A stretch of DNA of 64,000 nucleotides, taken from positions 1 through 64,000 of IMG/VR virus record IMGVR_UViG_3300017774_004101. One strand, 5' to 3'. Source of the stretch: a virus (taxonomy: Duplodnaviria; Caudoviricetes). Position 1 is the first letter of the stretch, and every line of letters starts with the position of its first letter. The notes under the pieces are model-generated. The model was not told the DNA's origin, searched no databases, and saw nothing but the letters and a program-made list of their open reading frames with translations. Both the position numbers and the translations under genes were made by a program. Positions 9,159-18,494 of this stretch are shown here, in pieces.

Positions 9159-9539
9159 ATGTACACAGCAAACATTACAAACTTATTGGATTTATTTGAA
9201 TCCGAATTACCAACTTGGAATTCAACATCAACCTATTCATCTTTCAATAGATATGAGGGTAAGGTATTGGAAGATGGGAAGTATCAATTAACTCTAAATG
9301 TATTAGGCCACAATCCAAAGAACATTAAATTAGAAGTTACTGAAACTCAGATTCTAATTAAATCAAAAAAAGAAGAGGCTAGTTCTTCATTAGTTTCAGA
9401 TATTGATTTAACTTTTACACTTGGTAAGGATTATGATGGAACTAAATCGGAAGCTAAATTTGATAATGGTTTATTAATCATTACAACTGATAAATACGAT
9501 GAGGCAAAACCAAAAAAAGTTCAAATCAAAATTGGGTAA
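9159..9539 (+). CDS. small heat shock protein (Hsp20/alpha-crystallin)
   Basis: 126 aa; A.FDNGLLII motif, K.V.I C-terminal IxI motif. Confidence 0.85.
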   Translation: MYTANITNLLDLFESELPTWNSTSTYSSFNRYEGKVLEDGKYQLTLNVLGHNPKNIKLEVTETQILIKSKKEEASSSLVSDIDLTFTLGKDYDGTKSEAKFDNGLLIITTDKYDEAKPKKVQIKIG

Positions 9540-9561
9540 TTAAATTAATAAAAAATTAATT

Positions 9562-9593
9562 AAGGGTCATCATCGTTGGTGACCTTTTTTTTT
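9562..9593 (+). terminator. intrinsic terminator
   Basis: AAGGGTCATC-ATCGTT-GGTGACCTT followed by long T run. Confidence 0.8.
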
Positions 9594-9602
9594 ATTATCT
9601 GT

Positions 9603-9611
9603 ATATTTATA
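9603..9611 (+). promoter_or_regulatory. candidate phage late promoter ATATTTATA
   Basis: Recurrent intergenic motif, here 24 nt before ATG 9636 and right after a terminator. Confidence 0.6.
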
Positions 9612-9635
9612 GACAACGAAAACAAACGAAAACAT

Positions 9636-11009
9636 ATGAAAGGTGTATTAATAGGTTCAGATTTTTTAAAATTAGCAACTGGTGTAAAATTTTTAGAAAC
9701 AAACACAGATGTAGATATAACTGATACGATGTTATCAAAATTAGAATTAGATAATTTATTTAATTATTTAACAACTAATGCTTATACTAAATTAGTTTTA
9801 ATTTACAAAATAAAGCATATAGCAGAGAGTGTAGTTAATTTATTTGAATCAACTGCTACTACAAATGGTATTACACTTGAAAAAATCATAATACCAAATA
9901 ATAGTATTACAATACCATCTATTACAACCGAATCAAACACATTTTATTTAAGATGTGCATATGATGTAACTGCTATTGTAGATGATACATATTGTAGAGA
10001 TAAATCAGAAATGACCAGTTTGTTATTTAAAACAAATAACGAAAACATTATACCAGCAACGTATGTAAAAGATATAACCGATGATACTATACGTGATAAT
10101 TTTACTACAATTAGTGATAATGGAGCCCATCCAAATGCAATTATTAAAAAGGTATTACCTGATTTTGAAAAAACAACATATCCACAATTTCGTAAACTTA
10201 ATTCTAATTCCGAATTGGAGGTATTAAAATCATCTCTTACCGACGGATTGATGTTACAAGAATATAATTTTAATAACACCGCATTAGTAGATAATAGAAT
10301 ATATGATGTTATTAGAACTTGGAATATTTTATTAGAAGATGTAGAAACAATGATTTATTTAGGTGGATATGTAACGGCAAACCAAATTGAATTAGATGAA
10401 TCAAAAATAACTTATACGGATAATATATTAGATACCAAATGGAGAACAATGTATTATTCAAATCCATTCAACGTAGCTGGTGGTGTTCCCGGTGAATATG
10501 AAGTTATAAAAATAGTAGATGGTGTGGAAGTAGTAACTAATATTACAGATATAGTTTCGGGTGATACCATTAAATCAGTAAGTTTGACAGGGTTGGCAGG
10601 TAGAGGACCTAATTATGAATTCACTGGTTCATTATCAGAATTATTCACATATACTACAGCTTCCGTTCAAAGTATAAGTACTATAAATTTTTCAGGCTGG
10701 CTACCCCATATGCATTATGAATTTAATTCTATGACCGGTAGTAGTATGCTTACATTGAATGATAAACTTATAGTAAAAGAAAATGATTCTTTTAAATTTA
10801 AAACGTTAGGACTAATTGAAAATACTGATTTACTTGTACTTTCAAATGATACCACTGCTAGTATAAATTCTATAAATTTAGAATGGTATAGTGGAAGTAT
10901 AAGTACAATAGATATAGAACAAGATGATGTGTTTGTAGCAGGTACTGAATTAAATCAAATCGGTATTGATATAACCATAGGAGGTTTAATTTTACACAAT
11001 AAAAACTAA
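9636..11009 (+). CDS. circularly permuted ATP-grasp-like ligase fused to a C-terminal Hint-like domain
   Basis: N-terminal GSDF...VKFLETNTD, NAIIKK, MLQEY; C-terminal ITDIVSGDTIKS, TIDIEQDDVFVAG, LILHN-KN; start moved to 9636 (after terminator and promoter). Confidence 0.6.
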   Translation: MKGVLIGSDFLKLATGVKFLETNTDVDITDTMLSKLELDNLFNYLTTNAYTKLVLIYKIKHIAESVVNLFESTATTNGITLEKIIIPNNSITIPSITTESNTFYLRCAYDVTAIVDDTYCRDKSEMTSLLFKTNNENIIPATYVKDITDDTIRDNFTTISDNGAHPNAIIKKVLPDFEKTTYPQFRKLNSNSELEVLKSSLTDGLMLQEYNFNNTALVDNRIYDVIRTWNILLEDVETMIYLGGYVTANQIELDESKITYTDNILDTKWRTMYYSNPFNVAGGVPGEYEVIKIVDGVEVVTNITDIVSGDTIKSVSLTGLAGRGPNYEFTGSLSELFTYTTASVQSISTINFSGWLPHMHYEFNSMTGSSMLTLNDKLIVKENDSFKFKTLGLIENTDLLVLSNDTTASINSINLEWYSGSISTIDIEQDDVFVAGTELNQIGIDITIGGLILHNKN

Positions 11010-11015
11010 AATAAA

Positions 11016-11132
11016 ATGGCAATATTACTAACACCCCTACCAATTATAACTCCAATACAAACAACGGATAAAGCAACTTGTACAACATTGTTACAAATTA
11101 TATTTGCAGCAATAAAATCAGAACATAGTTAA
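11016..11132 (+). CDS. 38-aa peptide (candidate substrate or partner)
   Basis: Own translation MAILLTPLPIITPIQTTDKATCTTLLQIIFAAIKSEHS*; A-rich leader; fills the gap exactly. Confidence 0.6.
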   Translation: MAILLTPLPIITPIQTTDKATCTTLLQIIFAAIKSEHS

Positions 11133-11144
11133 TAACTATTTACC

Positions 11145-11831
11145 ATGAATACGTTATGGGTTTTTGGTGATAGTTATAGTGCACCATTTTCTAAGATACA
11201 ACATGAGGGCCCTTGGAAATCGAATTATATACAATGGAAAGGATATACACCAAAATGTTATAGTGAATTTGTAGCAGATAAATTACAACTAAAACATATA
11301 AATTTAGCTGTTGGTGGAACTGATAATTATACCATACTTGATTCTATTATTTCAAAGGTAGATTCAATTGATACAAATGATATCATTATTATTGGATGGT
11401 CTAATACAATACGATTTAGAGTAGTAAATATACATAACGATTTCACTACAATATTAGTTTATAACGCAACTAAAACATCACGGCCGAATAATGGCTTCAA
11501 TTCTAGTACTGAATTATCCGATTCTACATTAACAGAACTAATTATTAATAGAGATAGTTCAAAGTATATTGATGAATTAAATAATTATATAAAATTAATT
11601 AATTTTTCCTTTAAAAAAAATAAAGTAATTCACTGGTCCCCATTCGTAAACGTTAGAGATAGAATATTACCAACCAAAAAATGTTTGATTAATTTAGAAA
11701 CGGTAACACAAGAAACCAATGGAATAGTAGATGATGGCCATTTTAGTGAAAATGCACATTATGAATTAGCCGAATATTTTTTAGATATAATTAATAGTTA
11801 CGAATATCCATCGGATAAAAAATACATATAA
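11145..11831 (+). CDS. SGNH/GDSL-like hydrolase or acyltransferase 1
   Basis: WVFGDSYS, NLAVGGTDN, IIGWS, DGHF. Confidence 0.8.
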   Translation: MNTLWVFGDSYSAPFSKIQHEGPWKSNYIQWKGYTPKCYSEFVADKLQLKHINLAVGGTDNYTILDSIISKVDSIDTNDIIIIGWSNTIRFRVVNIHNDFTTILVYNATKTSRPNNGFNSSTELSDSTLTELIINRDSSKYIDELNNYIKLINFSFKKNKVIHWSPFVNVRDRILPTKKCLINLETVTQETNGIVDDGHFSENAHYELAEYFLDIINSYEYPSDKKYI

Positions 11832-11832
11832 T

Positions 11833-12486
11833 ATGAATAAGTTATGGATATTTGGCGATTCTTTTTCTGCTACAAATAAACGAAAAAATATTGAACATTG
11901 GCGTATAGATTATATCAAATGGAAAGGATATGTTACTAAGGTGTGGCCTGAATATTTAAACGATAAATTAAATTTTAAATTAATAAATCTTTCTATAAGT
12001 GCAACTGATAACTATACTATATTTGATACAATAATTGATAATATAGATAAAATTGAACAAAATGATATTATAATAATAGGTTGGACATCTACTTTACGAT
12101 TTCGATTGGTTGACAAAACAAATTCCTTTAATACTATACGACCTTCTTCTAATTTTAAAACCAGTACACTTAATTTTCCGTTTGAATATAATAATATTTC
12201 ATTGAATACAATTAATGAAGTATTGGTAAATAGAGATACCGAACTATATGAATGGGAATTAAATAGATTTATTAAAATTATAAATTTATATTTAAAAGAT
12301 ATAAAAATATTACATTGGTCTCCATTTCAATTACATCACCCTCATTTAAAAATAAAAAGAATATCAGAAATAGATAAGTTGGAAACTATATCAATGGAAA
12401 CTAATGACGAATTAAATGATTACCATTATAGCGAAAATGCACATTCTATATTGAGTGAAAAAATCCATACATTACTATATGAATAA
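11833..12486 (+). CDS. SGNH/GDSL-like protein 2
   Basis: WIFGDSFS, SATDNYTI, IIGWT, DYHY. Confidence 0.8.
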   Translation: MNKLWIFGDSFSATNKRKNIEHWRIDYIKWKGYVTKVWPEYLNDKLNFKLINLSISATDNYTIFDTIIDNIDKIEQNDIIIIGWTSTLRFRLVDKTNSFNTIRPSSNFKTSTLNFPFEYNNISLNTINEVLVNRDTELYEWELNRFIKIINLYLKDIKILHWSPFQLHHPHLKIKRISEIDKLETISMETNDELNDYHYSENAHSILSEKIHTLLYE

Positions 12487-13165
12487 ACTATGGGTATTTG
12501 GAGATTCTTTTACAGAGGGGTGGGATTCATCTATGTACTATTCAAAAGATGTGTTGCCTACTTGGAGAAGTAAATATATAAATTGGAAAGGATATGTTCC
12601 AAAAGTATTCAATGAAATTCTTGCCGATAAATTAAAAATTGAAACCATAAATTGTGGTATCGGTGGAGCAGACAATTATACCATCTTCCATGCTATAATT
12701 AAAAATTTAGAAAAAATAAAAAAAAATGATATTGTAATAATAGGATGGTCTTCCGTTTTACGAATTCGAGTTGCAAACCATAATAATATATTTACACCCA
12801 TACAGGCTTGGATGTTAGGATTGACCGATGATGGGTTAAGAGATAGAGAAATAAATATTTCTCAAAAAACAATAAGGGAACTATTTGCTAATAGAACTAG
12901 CTCTGTATATGTTGATGAAATTAACGATTTAATAAAAGTTTTAAAATTACTATTAAAAGAACAAAAAGTTATAAATTGGTCTCCGTTTTATGATAATTTT
13001 AAAATGGGAATGAATATTTTACCAATACCACTATTAGATACGATAATAGATGAAACAAAATATAAAATATTAGATGGTCATTTTTGTGAACCATCTCATT
13101 TTGCATTGGCTGAATATTTTTATGATTTGATAATTAGATATAATGATAAAAAAACTTTATTATGA
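12479..13165 (+). CDS. SGNH/GDSL-like protein 3
   Basis: MNKLWVFGDSFT, GIGGADN, IIGWS, DGHF; start moved to 12479 by paralog alignment. Confidence 0.8.
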   Translation: MNKLWVFGDSFTEGWDSSMYYSKDVLPTWRSKYINWKGYVPKVFNEILADKLKIETINCGIGGADNYTIFHAIIKNLEKIKKNDIVIIGWSSVLRIRVANHNNIFTPIQAWMLGLTDDGLRDREINISQKTIRELFANRTSSVYVDEINDLIKVLKLLLKEQKVINWSPFYDNFKMGMNILPIPLLDTIIDETKYKILDGHFCEPSHFALAEYFYDLIIRYNDKKTLL

Positions 13166-13839
13166 GTAGTTTATGGATATTTGGAGATAATAATTCCGCT
13201 ATTTTTGGCAAAACACCAGAACGAAGATTTAAATACTACAAAGAATACAGAGGTGGGATATTTCCAAAAACCTGGTCAGAATTATTGTCACAAGAAATTA
13301 AACATACATTACGAAATTTAGCAGTATCCGGTCAATCTAATTATGATATTTTTGATATGTTTTGTAAATGTATAGAACAAATTCAAAAAGATGATATTGT
13401 TATAATTGGTTGGGGATATGTACAAAGATTTAGATTAATAGATGAAAATAAAAATAGTTTTATAACAATACGACCGAACCAATTTAAAGAACATCAAGTT
13501 AATATTCCCAATATGTTAAATGGTATAGATAAACATACGATAGATTTGATATTAAATAATAGAAAAAATATTTATTGGAATACCGAAATATATAACTGGG
13601 AAACTATAATAAATTTATTATCAAAATTAATCGGATTTAAGATATTATATTGGACATTTGATACTACTTTAAATAAATCCTATTATTTATCAACAAATAG
13701 TTTTAGAGAAGATTTAATTAAAAAAGGAGCTGAAGATTTTACTATGGAAACTAATGGTATTTTGAAAGATGATAATTTTGGAGAAAAAGGACATTTAGTT
13801 CAATTTGAATACTTTTTAAAACATATACAAAATGAATAA
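13162..13839 (+). CDS. SGNH-like protein 4, catalytic Ser/His replaced
   Basis: WIFGDNNS and KDDNF where paralogs have GDS and DxH. Confidence 0.75.
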   Translation: MSSLWIFGDNNSAIFGKTPERRFKYYKEYRGGIFPKTWSELLSQEIKHTLRNLAVSGQSNYDIFDMFCKCIEQIQKDDIVIIGWGYVQRFRLIDENKNSFITIRPNQFKEHQVNIPNMLNGIDKHTIDLILNNRKNIYWNTEIYNWETIINLLSKLIGFKILYWTFDTTLNKSYYLSTNSFREDLIKKGAEDFTMETNGILKDDNFGEKGHLVQFEYFLKHIQNE

Positions 13840-14680
13840 GTTATGGTGCTTCGGAGATAGTATTACAGCTGGACATGGTTGTAAATTTGAAATTATTGAT
13901 AATTTTTTAAATGAAAATACATATTATTATTTAAAATTTAAAGATTATATTGATGTTGATAAAAAAATATGGCCGGAGATTGTATCTGACAATTTAAATT
14001 TACAATTAATAAATAAAAGTAAAAATGGAATGACTAACGAATCTATATCCGATACTTGCTTAAAATTTTTAATTGAAATGAATAAAAATGATATTGTAAT
14101 ATTGCAAATAGCTAGAAATGGTAGATATGACTTTCCATTCAAAAAAGAAAAAACATTGGCTGGGTATAATGAAAAGAAATATAAAAATGATGATGAACTA
14201 TTTAATATACCAAATTCTCCATATTACTTTGAAACAATTTTTGTTTCAAATATAGAAAAAGAATGGGATGTATCAATGAAAGATGCGTTAAGACATGTAG
14301 CTATACAAGAAAAATTAGGCCCTAAAGAATTAGTATCAAATGAATCAAAATACAATTTAATAAGAGGATTTTTTGCTGAATTTGTTAATACTCAAAAATA
14401 TGATGAAAGAAGTATTTGGAGAATTATTGAACTTTCAAAGTTATTAACATCATTGGGAATTAAAAATTATATAATAAACACACCACAATGGTCGGTGTAT
14501 TTAAATAAACCAAACAATTTAATAGAAATGAGTAGTGGTGGGATAGCTGAGTATGTTGCTAAAAATAAAAAACAAATATATCACGAAAGTTTAGGAAAGA
14601 TAGATGATGGCCATCCTGGTTATTCTGGTCATATTGATATAGCTAATCATATTATAAATTTTATTAAAGATGGAAATTAA
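13832..14680 (+). CDS. SGNH/GDSL-like protein 5
   Basis: WCFGDSITAG, NKSKNGMTN, DDGHPGYSGH. Confidence 0.8.
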   Translation: MNKLWCFGDSITAGHGCKFEIIDNFLNENTYYYLKFKDYIDVDKKIWPEIVSDNLNLQLINKSKNGMTNESISDTCLKFLIEMNKNDIVILQIARNGRYDFPFKKEKTLAGYNEKKYKNDDELFNIPNSPYYFETIFVSNIEKEWDVSMKDALRHVAIQEKLGPKELVSNESKYNLIRGFFAEFVNTQKYDERSIWRIIELSKLLTSLGIKNYIINTPQWSVYLNKPNNLIEMSSGGIAEYVAKNKKQIYHESLGKIDDGHPGYSGHIDIANHIINFIKDGN

Positions 14681-15206
14681 TATTATTGAAGATTTCCTAT
14701 CAGATAGTGAGTGTGATTATATTTTAAATAAATGTAAATCAGAATTAACGTTATCTGAATTTGATAATTATTATGGTAAATTTAATAGAAAACAAAAATC
14801 TGCACGAATATACGATTTGGACTTTGTAAATCTAAAATTAAAAAATGTATTAAAAACAAAAATTAATATTAATGGAATGGAAATTTCCGATGTTATACAT
14901 AAATTTAAATTTGCAGAATATAAAATAGGTGATTATTTTGATTGGCATACCGATAATTCACCATCTTATACAAATGGTGTTATTACAACTATAATTGAAC
15001 TCAATGATAATTATGTAGGTGGTAGTTTTGAAATTAAAAATTCAAATGGTGAATTGATTCCTATTGAAAATAAAAAAGGTTCACTTTATATTTTTGATTC
15101 AGGGTTACTACATAGGGTAACCGAAATTCAATCAGGTGTTAGATATTCATTATCAAATTGGTTTTCATTAATTAAAACAAATAAAACAAAACAAAATTTA
15201 ATATAA
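14670..15206 (+). CDS. 2OG-Fe(II) oxygenase (prolyl-hydroxylase-like)
   Basis: FDWHTD, LNDNYVGG, LLHRVT, RYSLSNW. Confidence 0.9.
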   Translation: MEINIIEDFLSDSECDYILNKCKSELTLSEFDNYYGKFNRKQKSARIYDLDFVNLKLKNVLKTKININGMEISDVIHKFKFAEYKIGDYFDWHTDNSPSYTNGVITTIIELNDNYVGGSFEIKNSNGELIPIENKKGSLYIFDSGLLHRVTEIQSGVRYSLSNWFSLIKTNKTKQNLI

Positions 15207-15746
15207 ATGGAATCAAATAATATTATTGTTATTGAAAATTTTTTAACAAATGATGAGTGTGATAGTGCTTTAAATAAATGTAAAAATATTGTTCTTAAAG
15301 ATGTAGATATTCGTAATAGTGCATTTAATAGAAAAGTATCAATAGGATTTGTACATGATTTAGAATTTATAAAAATTAGATTACAAGATGTATTAAAGAA
15401 TTCAATTAATATTAATGGTATGGAAATGTCTGTGGATTATTTCCAATTTACAGAATATAAAAAAGGTGATTATTTTGATTGGCATGAAGATAGAAGTTCT
15501 AATCTTTATAGAATTGGAGTTTTTTCAACTGTTATTCAATTGAATGATAATTATGATGGTGGTATTTTAGAAATTAAAAATTTAAATGGTGAATTAGTTC
15601 CTATTGAAAATAAAAAAGGTTCACTTTATATTTTCAATCCAAATTTACTACATAGAATTACAAAAATAGAATCAGGTAGTAGGCATTCATTAATCAGCTG
15701 GATTTCGTTAATTAAAACAAATAAAACAAAACAAAATTTAATATAA
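15168..15746 (+). repeat. 39-nt exact direct repeat at the 3' ends of the two oxygenase genes (540-nt period)
   Basis: TTAATTAAAACAAATAAAACAAAACAAAATTTAATATAA at 15168-15206 and 15708-15746. Confidence 0.9.
15207..15746 (+). CDS. 2OG-Fe(II) oxygenase, tandem paralog
   Basis: FDWHED, LNDNYDGG, LLHRIT, RHSLISW. Confidence 0.9.
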   Translation: MESNNIIVIENFLTNDECDSALNKCKNIVLKDVDIRNSAFNRKVSIGFVHDLEFIKIRLQDVLKNSININGMEMSVDYFQFTEYKKGDYFDWHEDRSSNLYRIGVFSTVIQLNDNYDGGILEIKNLNGELVPIENKKGSLYIFNPNLLHRITKIESGSRHSLISWISLIKTNKTKQNLI

Positions 15747-16246
15747 TGTTACTATTTATAAAAAAATCATACGCAGATATATTTGAAGATTTTTATAATA
15801 TTACTAATGGTGATATTATAATAGGTGGTTCATTGAGTTTAAAATTACAAGATATAATTGATAGAGATATAAATGATTTAGATTTAGATATATCCAAATC
15901 TGATTGGTATAAATATGAATCTAAAATTATTAAAAAATATAAAATATATTATGAAGGAATTACGTCATTAATGCCAAGCGTAAAATATGAATATATAAAT
16001 AATACATGTTTAAATAAACAAAATAAAAATGAATTTCATTTATTTATTAATAACATTGATGATACTAAATTAGAATATAATACTATAATTTATAATAATA
16101 CCCCAATCAGAGTACGAAAACCTGAATTAGTTTTATTAGATAAAGAATGTATGTTATTAGATGATACGACAGGAAAACATATATTAGATATTGCCATAAT
16201 AAAAAAATATTTAAATGAAAAAGAAACTACTAATAGCTGGGGATAG
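15746..16246 (+). CDS. Pol-beta-superfamily nucleotidyltransferase-like protein
   Basis: IIGGSLSL ... RDINDLDLDI; KH..D near C-terminus. Confidence 0.7.
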   Translation: MLLFIKKSYADIFEDFYNITNGDIIIGGSLSLKLQDIIDRDINDLDLDISKSDWYKYESKIIKKYKIYYEGITSLMPSVKYEYINNTCLNKQNKNEFHLFINNIDDTKLEYNTIIYNNTPIRVRKPELVLLDKECMLLDDTTGKHILDIAIIKKYLNEKETTNSWG

Positions 16247-16790
16247 CTTTGCAGCTGATTGGACGAAAAAATACAAAAATGTATGTGGTTGGGTTAACAT
16301 GTTAGAATCCGACTATGATGTTACAAATATCGCACAAGCTGGAGTTAGTGAATACAAAATTTACAAACAATTAGAAAAAATAGACACTACAAAATTTGAA
16401 CATATTATAATATCACATACATCTGCATATAGAATACCAATAGAAGAACATCCAATTCATAAAGATGATTCACTGCATGATGATTGTGATATAATTTATT
16501 CAGATGCAGAGGTACATATTGAAAATAATATAATGAAAACTGCAGTTGATTTTTATGTAAATATTTTTCATCCTGAGTATTTTTGTTTTGTAAATGATTT
16601 AATTTTTAAAGAAATAAAAAAAATCACACCAAACGCAATCCATATAACATTTTTTGATAATTTTTATGATAATAGTATTTTAAAATTTGAAGATATTTTC
16701 TTATCTCACAAAGGAAATATAAATCATTTAGACGAAAAAGGAAATAGTTTATTTTATAATATTATAAAAAATATATTAAATGAAAAATAA
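16215..16790 (+). CDS. SGNH-like protein 6
   Basis: LIAGDSFAAD, NIAQAGVSEY, INHL. Confidence 0.75.
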   Translation: MKKKLLIAGDSFAADWTKKYKNVCGWVNMLESDYDVTNIAQAGVSEYKIYKQLEKIDTTKFEHIIISHTSAYRIPIEEHPIHKDDSLHDDCDIIYSDAEVHIENNIMKTAVDFYVNIFHPEYFCFVNDLIFKEIKKITPNAIHITFFDNFYDNSILKFEDIFLSHKGNINHLDEKGNSLFYNIIKNILNEK

Positions 16791-17340
16791 AATTGCAATA
16801 TTTGTATGTGGTAGCGGTGGCAGCGGTAAATCTACTTTTGTAAAAACACATTTTACTGAATATATTCATATAGATATGGATATAATATATGAAGAATTAC
16901 TATTATTAAATAACTTAGGATTAAAAATAAAAGATTTTAATGAATCACAATCGCAACTAGCATTGGAATTATTTGAAACCGCAAAGGAATTAAATAATGA
17001 AAAATTAAAAAATACAATAATTGCGGGTAATAATTTAGTAATAGATGGAGTTGGTAGAGATTCTAATATTATTTTAAATCAAAGAAAACATTTAGAAAAT
17101 TTAGGATATACAACCCATATGGTGATGTTGTATGTTGATTTAGAAGTATGTATTGATAGGGTTGAGCGTAGAGAACGGGTTTATAACCAAAGCATTATAA
17201 AAGATAGTTGGTATCGTTCTTATAATAATATTGGGACTTATAAAAAAGAATTTGATGATAAATTTAAATTTGTTTATGATATTAATAATTTTATATTAGA
17301 TGATTTCATCAAATTAAAACATAATATAAATTTAATTTAA
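16780..17340 (+). CDS. P-loop kinase (zeta-toxin/AAA_33-like)
   Basis: CGSGGSGKST, IDMD, LVIDG, RVERRER lid. Confidence 0.8.
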   Translation: MKNKIAIFVCGSGGSGKSTFVKTHFTEYIHIDMDIIYEELLLLNNLGLKIKDFNESQSQLALELFETAKELNNEKLKNTIIAGNNLVIDGVGRDSNIILNQRKHLENLGYTTHMVMLYVDLEVCIDRVERRERVYNQSIIKDSWYRSYNNIGTYKKEFDDKFKFVYDINNFILDDFIKLKHNINLI

Positions 17341-17871
17341 ATGAAAATATTAATTTACACAACACATAGAACCGGTTCAACATCTTTAGCACATTTATTG
17401 ATGACCCACTATAACTGTGATTATCAAAGAGAATCATTTTTTAAAAATAAAAACTTTTTTAAAACAATTGATAGTATTGAAAATATTATAATAAAATTAA
17501 CACCGGCTGAAATTGATTATAATTTAGTAAGAAATATATTTGATAAATGTATTGTATTAACTAGAAATGATATACGAGCACAATCAGAAAGTAGAGCTTA
17601 TGCTCATCATATTATAAAATACCACGTTCCATATATAATAGATGATTTATTTTTAAAAGAACGTGATGATGAATTAAATAAGTGGGATACCATAATAAAA
17701 AAAGAAAATGGGATATTAAATAAATGTGAAAATTGTTTACAAATTACATATGAAGATTTATATTATAGTGATGGTTTAAAAAAAATTGAAGAATATTTAA
17801 ATACAACTTTTAATCTTCTAAAATTAGATAATTCTAAAAAATATAGAAACGGAAAAAAAAGTATAATATAA
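17341..17871 (+). CDS. sulfotransferase-like protein (Stf0/P-loop type)
   Basis: YTTHRTGSTSL (5'-PSB-like), IVLTRND..AQSES, ITYEDLY. Confidence 0.7.
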   Translation: MKILIYTTHRTGSTSLAHLLMTHYNCDYQRESFFKNKNFFKTIDSIENIIIKLTPAEIDYNLVRNIFDKCIVLTRNDIRAQSESRAYAHHIIKYHVPYIIDDLFLKERDDELNKWDTIIKKENGILNKCENCLQITYEDLYYSDGLKKIEEYLNTTFNLLKLDNSKKYRNGKKSII

Positions 17872-17874
17872 ATT

Positions 17875-18468
17875 ATGAAAATATTAATATATACAGGCTA
17901 TAGAACTGGTTCCAATTCACTTGGAGAATGGTCATCTATTCAATTAGATTTACCATATCATCACGAACCATTTAATAAAATGAACAAAACAAGTGTCAAC
18001 CTTTTTACAAATAAAAATTTTTCAATAGAAGAAGCCGGAGATTGTATAATGAAAATATCACCATTTGATGGGTTTGATTATGAGGAATTAAAAAAATTAT
18101 TTGATAAGAGAATAGTGTTATATAGAGAAAATACCAGAGAACAATCTGAAAGTTTAATATGGTCTAATGAGAAAAAATTATGGCATCATACATATTTAGA
18201 TGATAAATTTATAAGTGCACACTACACTATACCAATTGAATGGTTGGATAAAAATGCAGAATCAATTAAATGTATGGAAGCGGATTTGCAAAAAGAAAAT
18301 GAATTGTTAAAATCATTAACCGATTGTTTACACATAACATACGAAGAATTATATTATTCAGATAATGGTATTAAAAAAATAGAAGATTATATAGGATTTA
18401 AATACAAAACAAAGTTTAACAAAATACATAAATTAAGAAATGGTTTTATTAAAAAATCATTAACATAA
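17875..18468 (+). CDS. sulfotransferase-like protein, paralog
   Basis: YTGYRTGSNSL, HEPF, VLYREN..EQSES, ITYEELY. Confidence 0.7.
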   Translation: MKILIYTGYRTGSNSLGEWSSIQLDLPYHHEPFNKMNKTSVNLFTNKNFSIEEAGDCIMKISPFDGFDYEELKKLFDKRIVLYRENTREQSESLIWSNEKKLWHHTYLDDKFISAHYTIPIEWLDKNAESIKCMEADLQKENELLKSLTDCLHITYEELYYSDNGIKKIEDYIGFKYKTKFNKIHKLRNGFIKKSLT

Positions 18469-18494
18469 TAAAAAATTTGATTTAACAAATTATA

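Noticed and set aside
9615-9634. 10-nt direct repeat AACGAAAACA x2 in the leader
   Set aside because: Low-complexity A-rich leader typical of SD-less initiation; no further copies seen
9576-9635. ORF-track upstream start extensions (also 34694, 4819, 7439, 12455, 20940)
   Set aside because: They run through terminators or upstream genes; downstream ATGs fit promoters, coupling or paralog alignment better
9636-11009. Canonical splicing intein
   Set aside because: No N-terminal Cys/Ser, no TxxH, no +1 nucleophile and only a 2-aa C-extein; treated as a degenerate Hint domain
16780-17340. Zeta toxin of a toxin-antitoxin pair
   Set aside because: No adjacent epsilon-like antitoxin; context suggests a tailoring kinase
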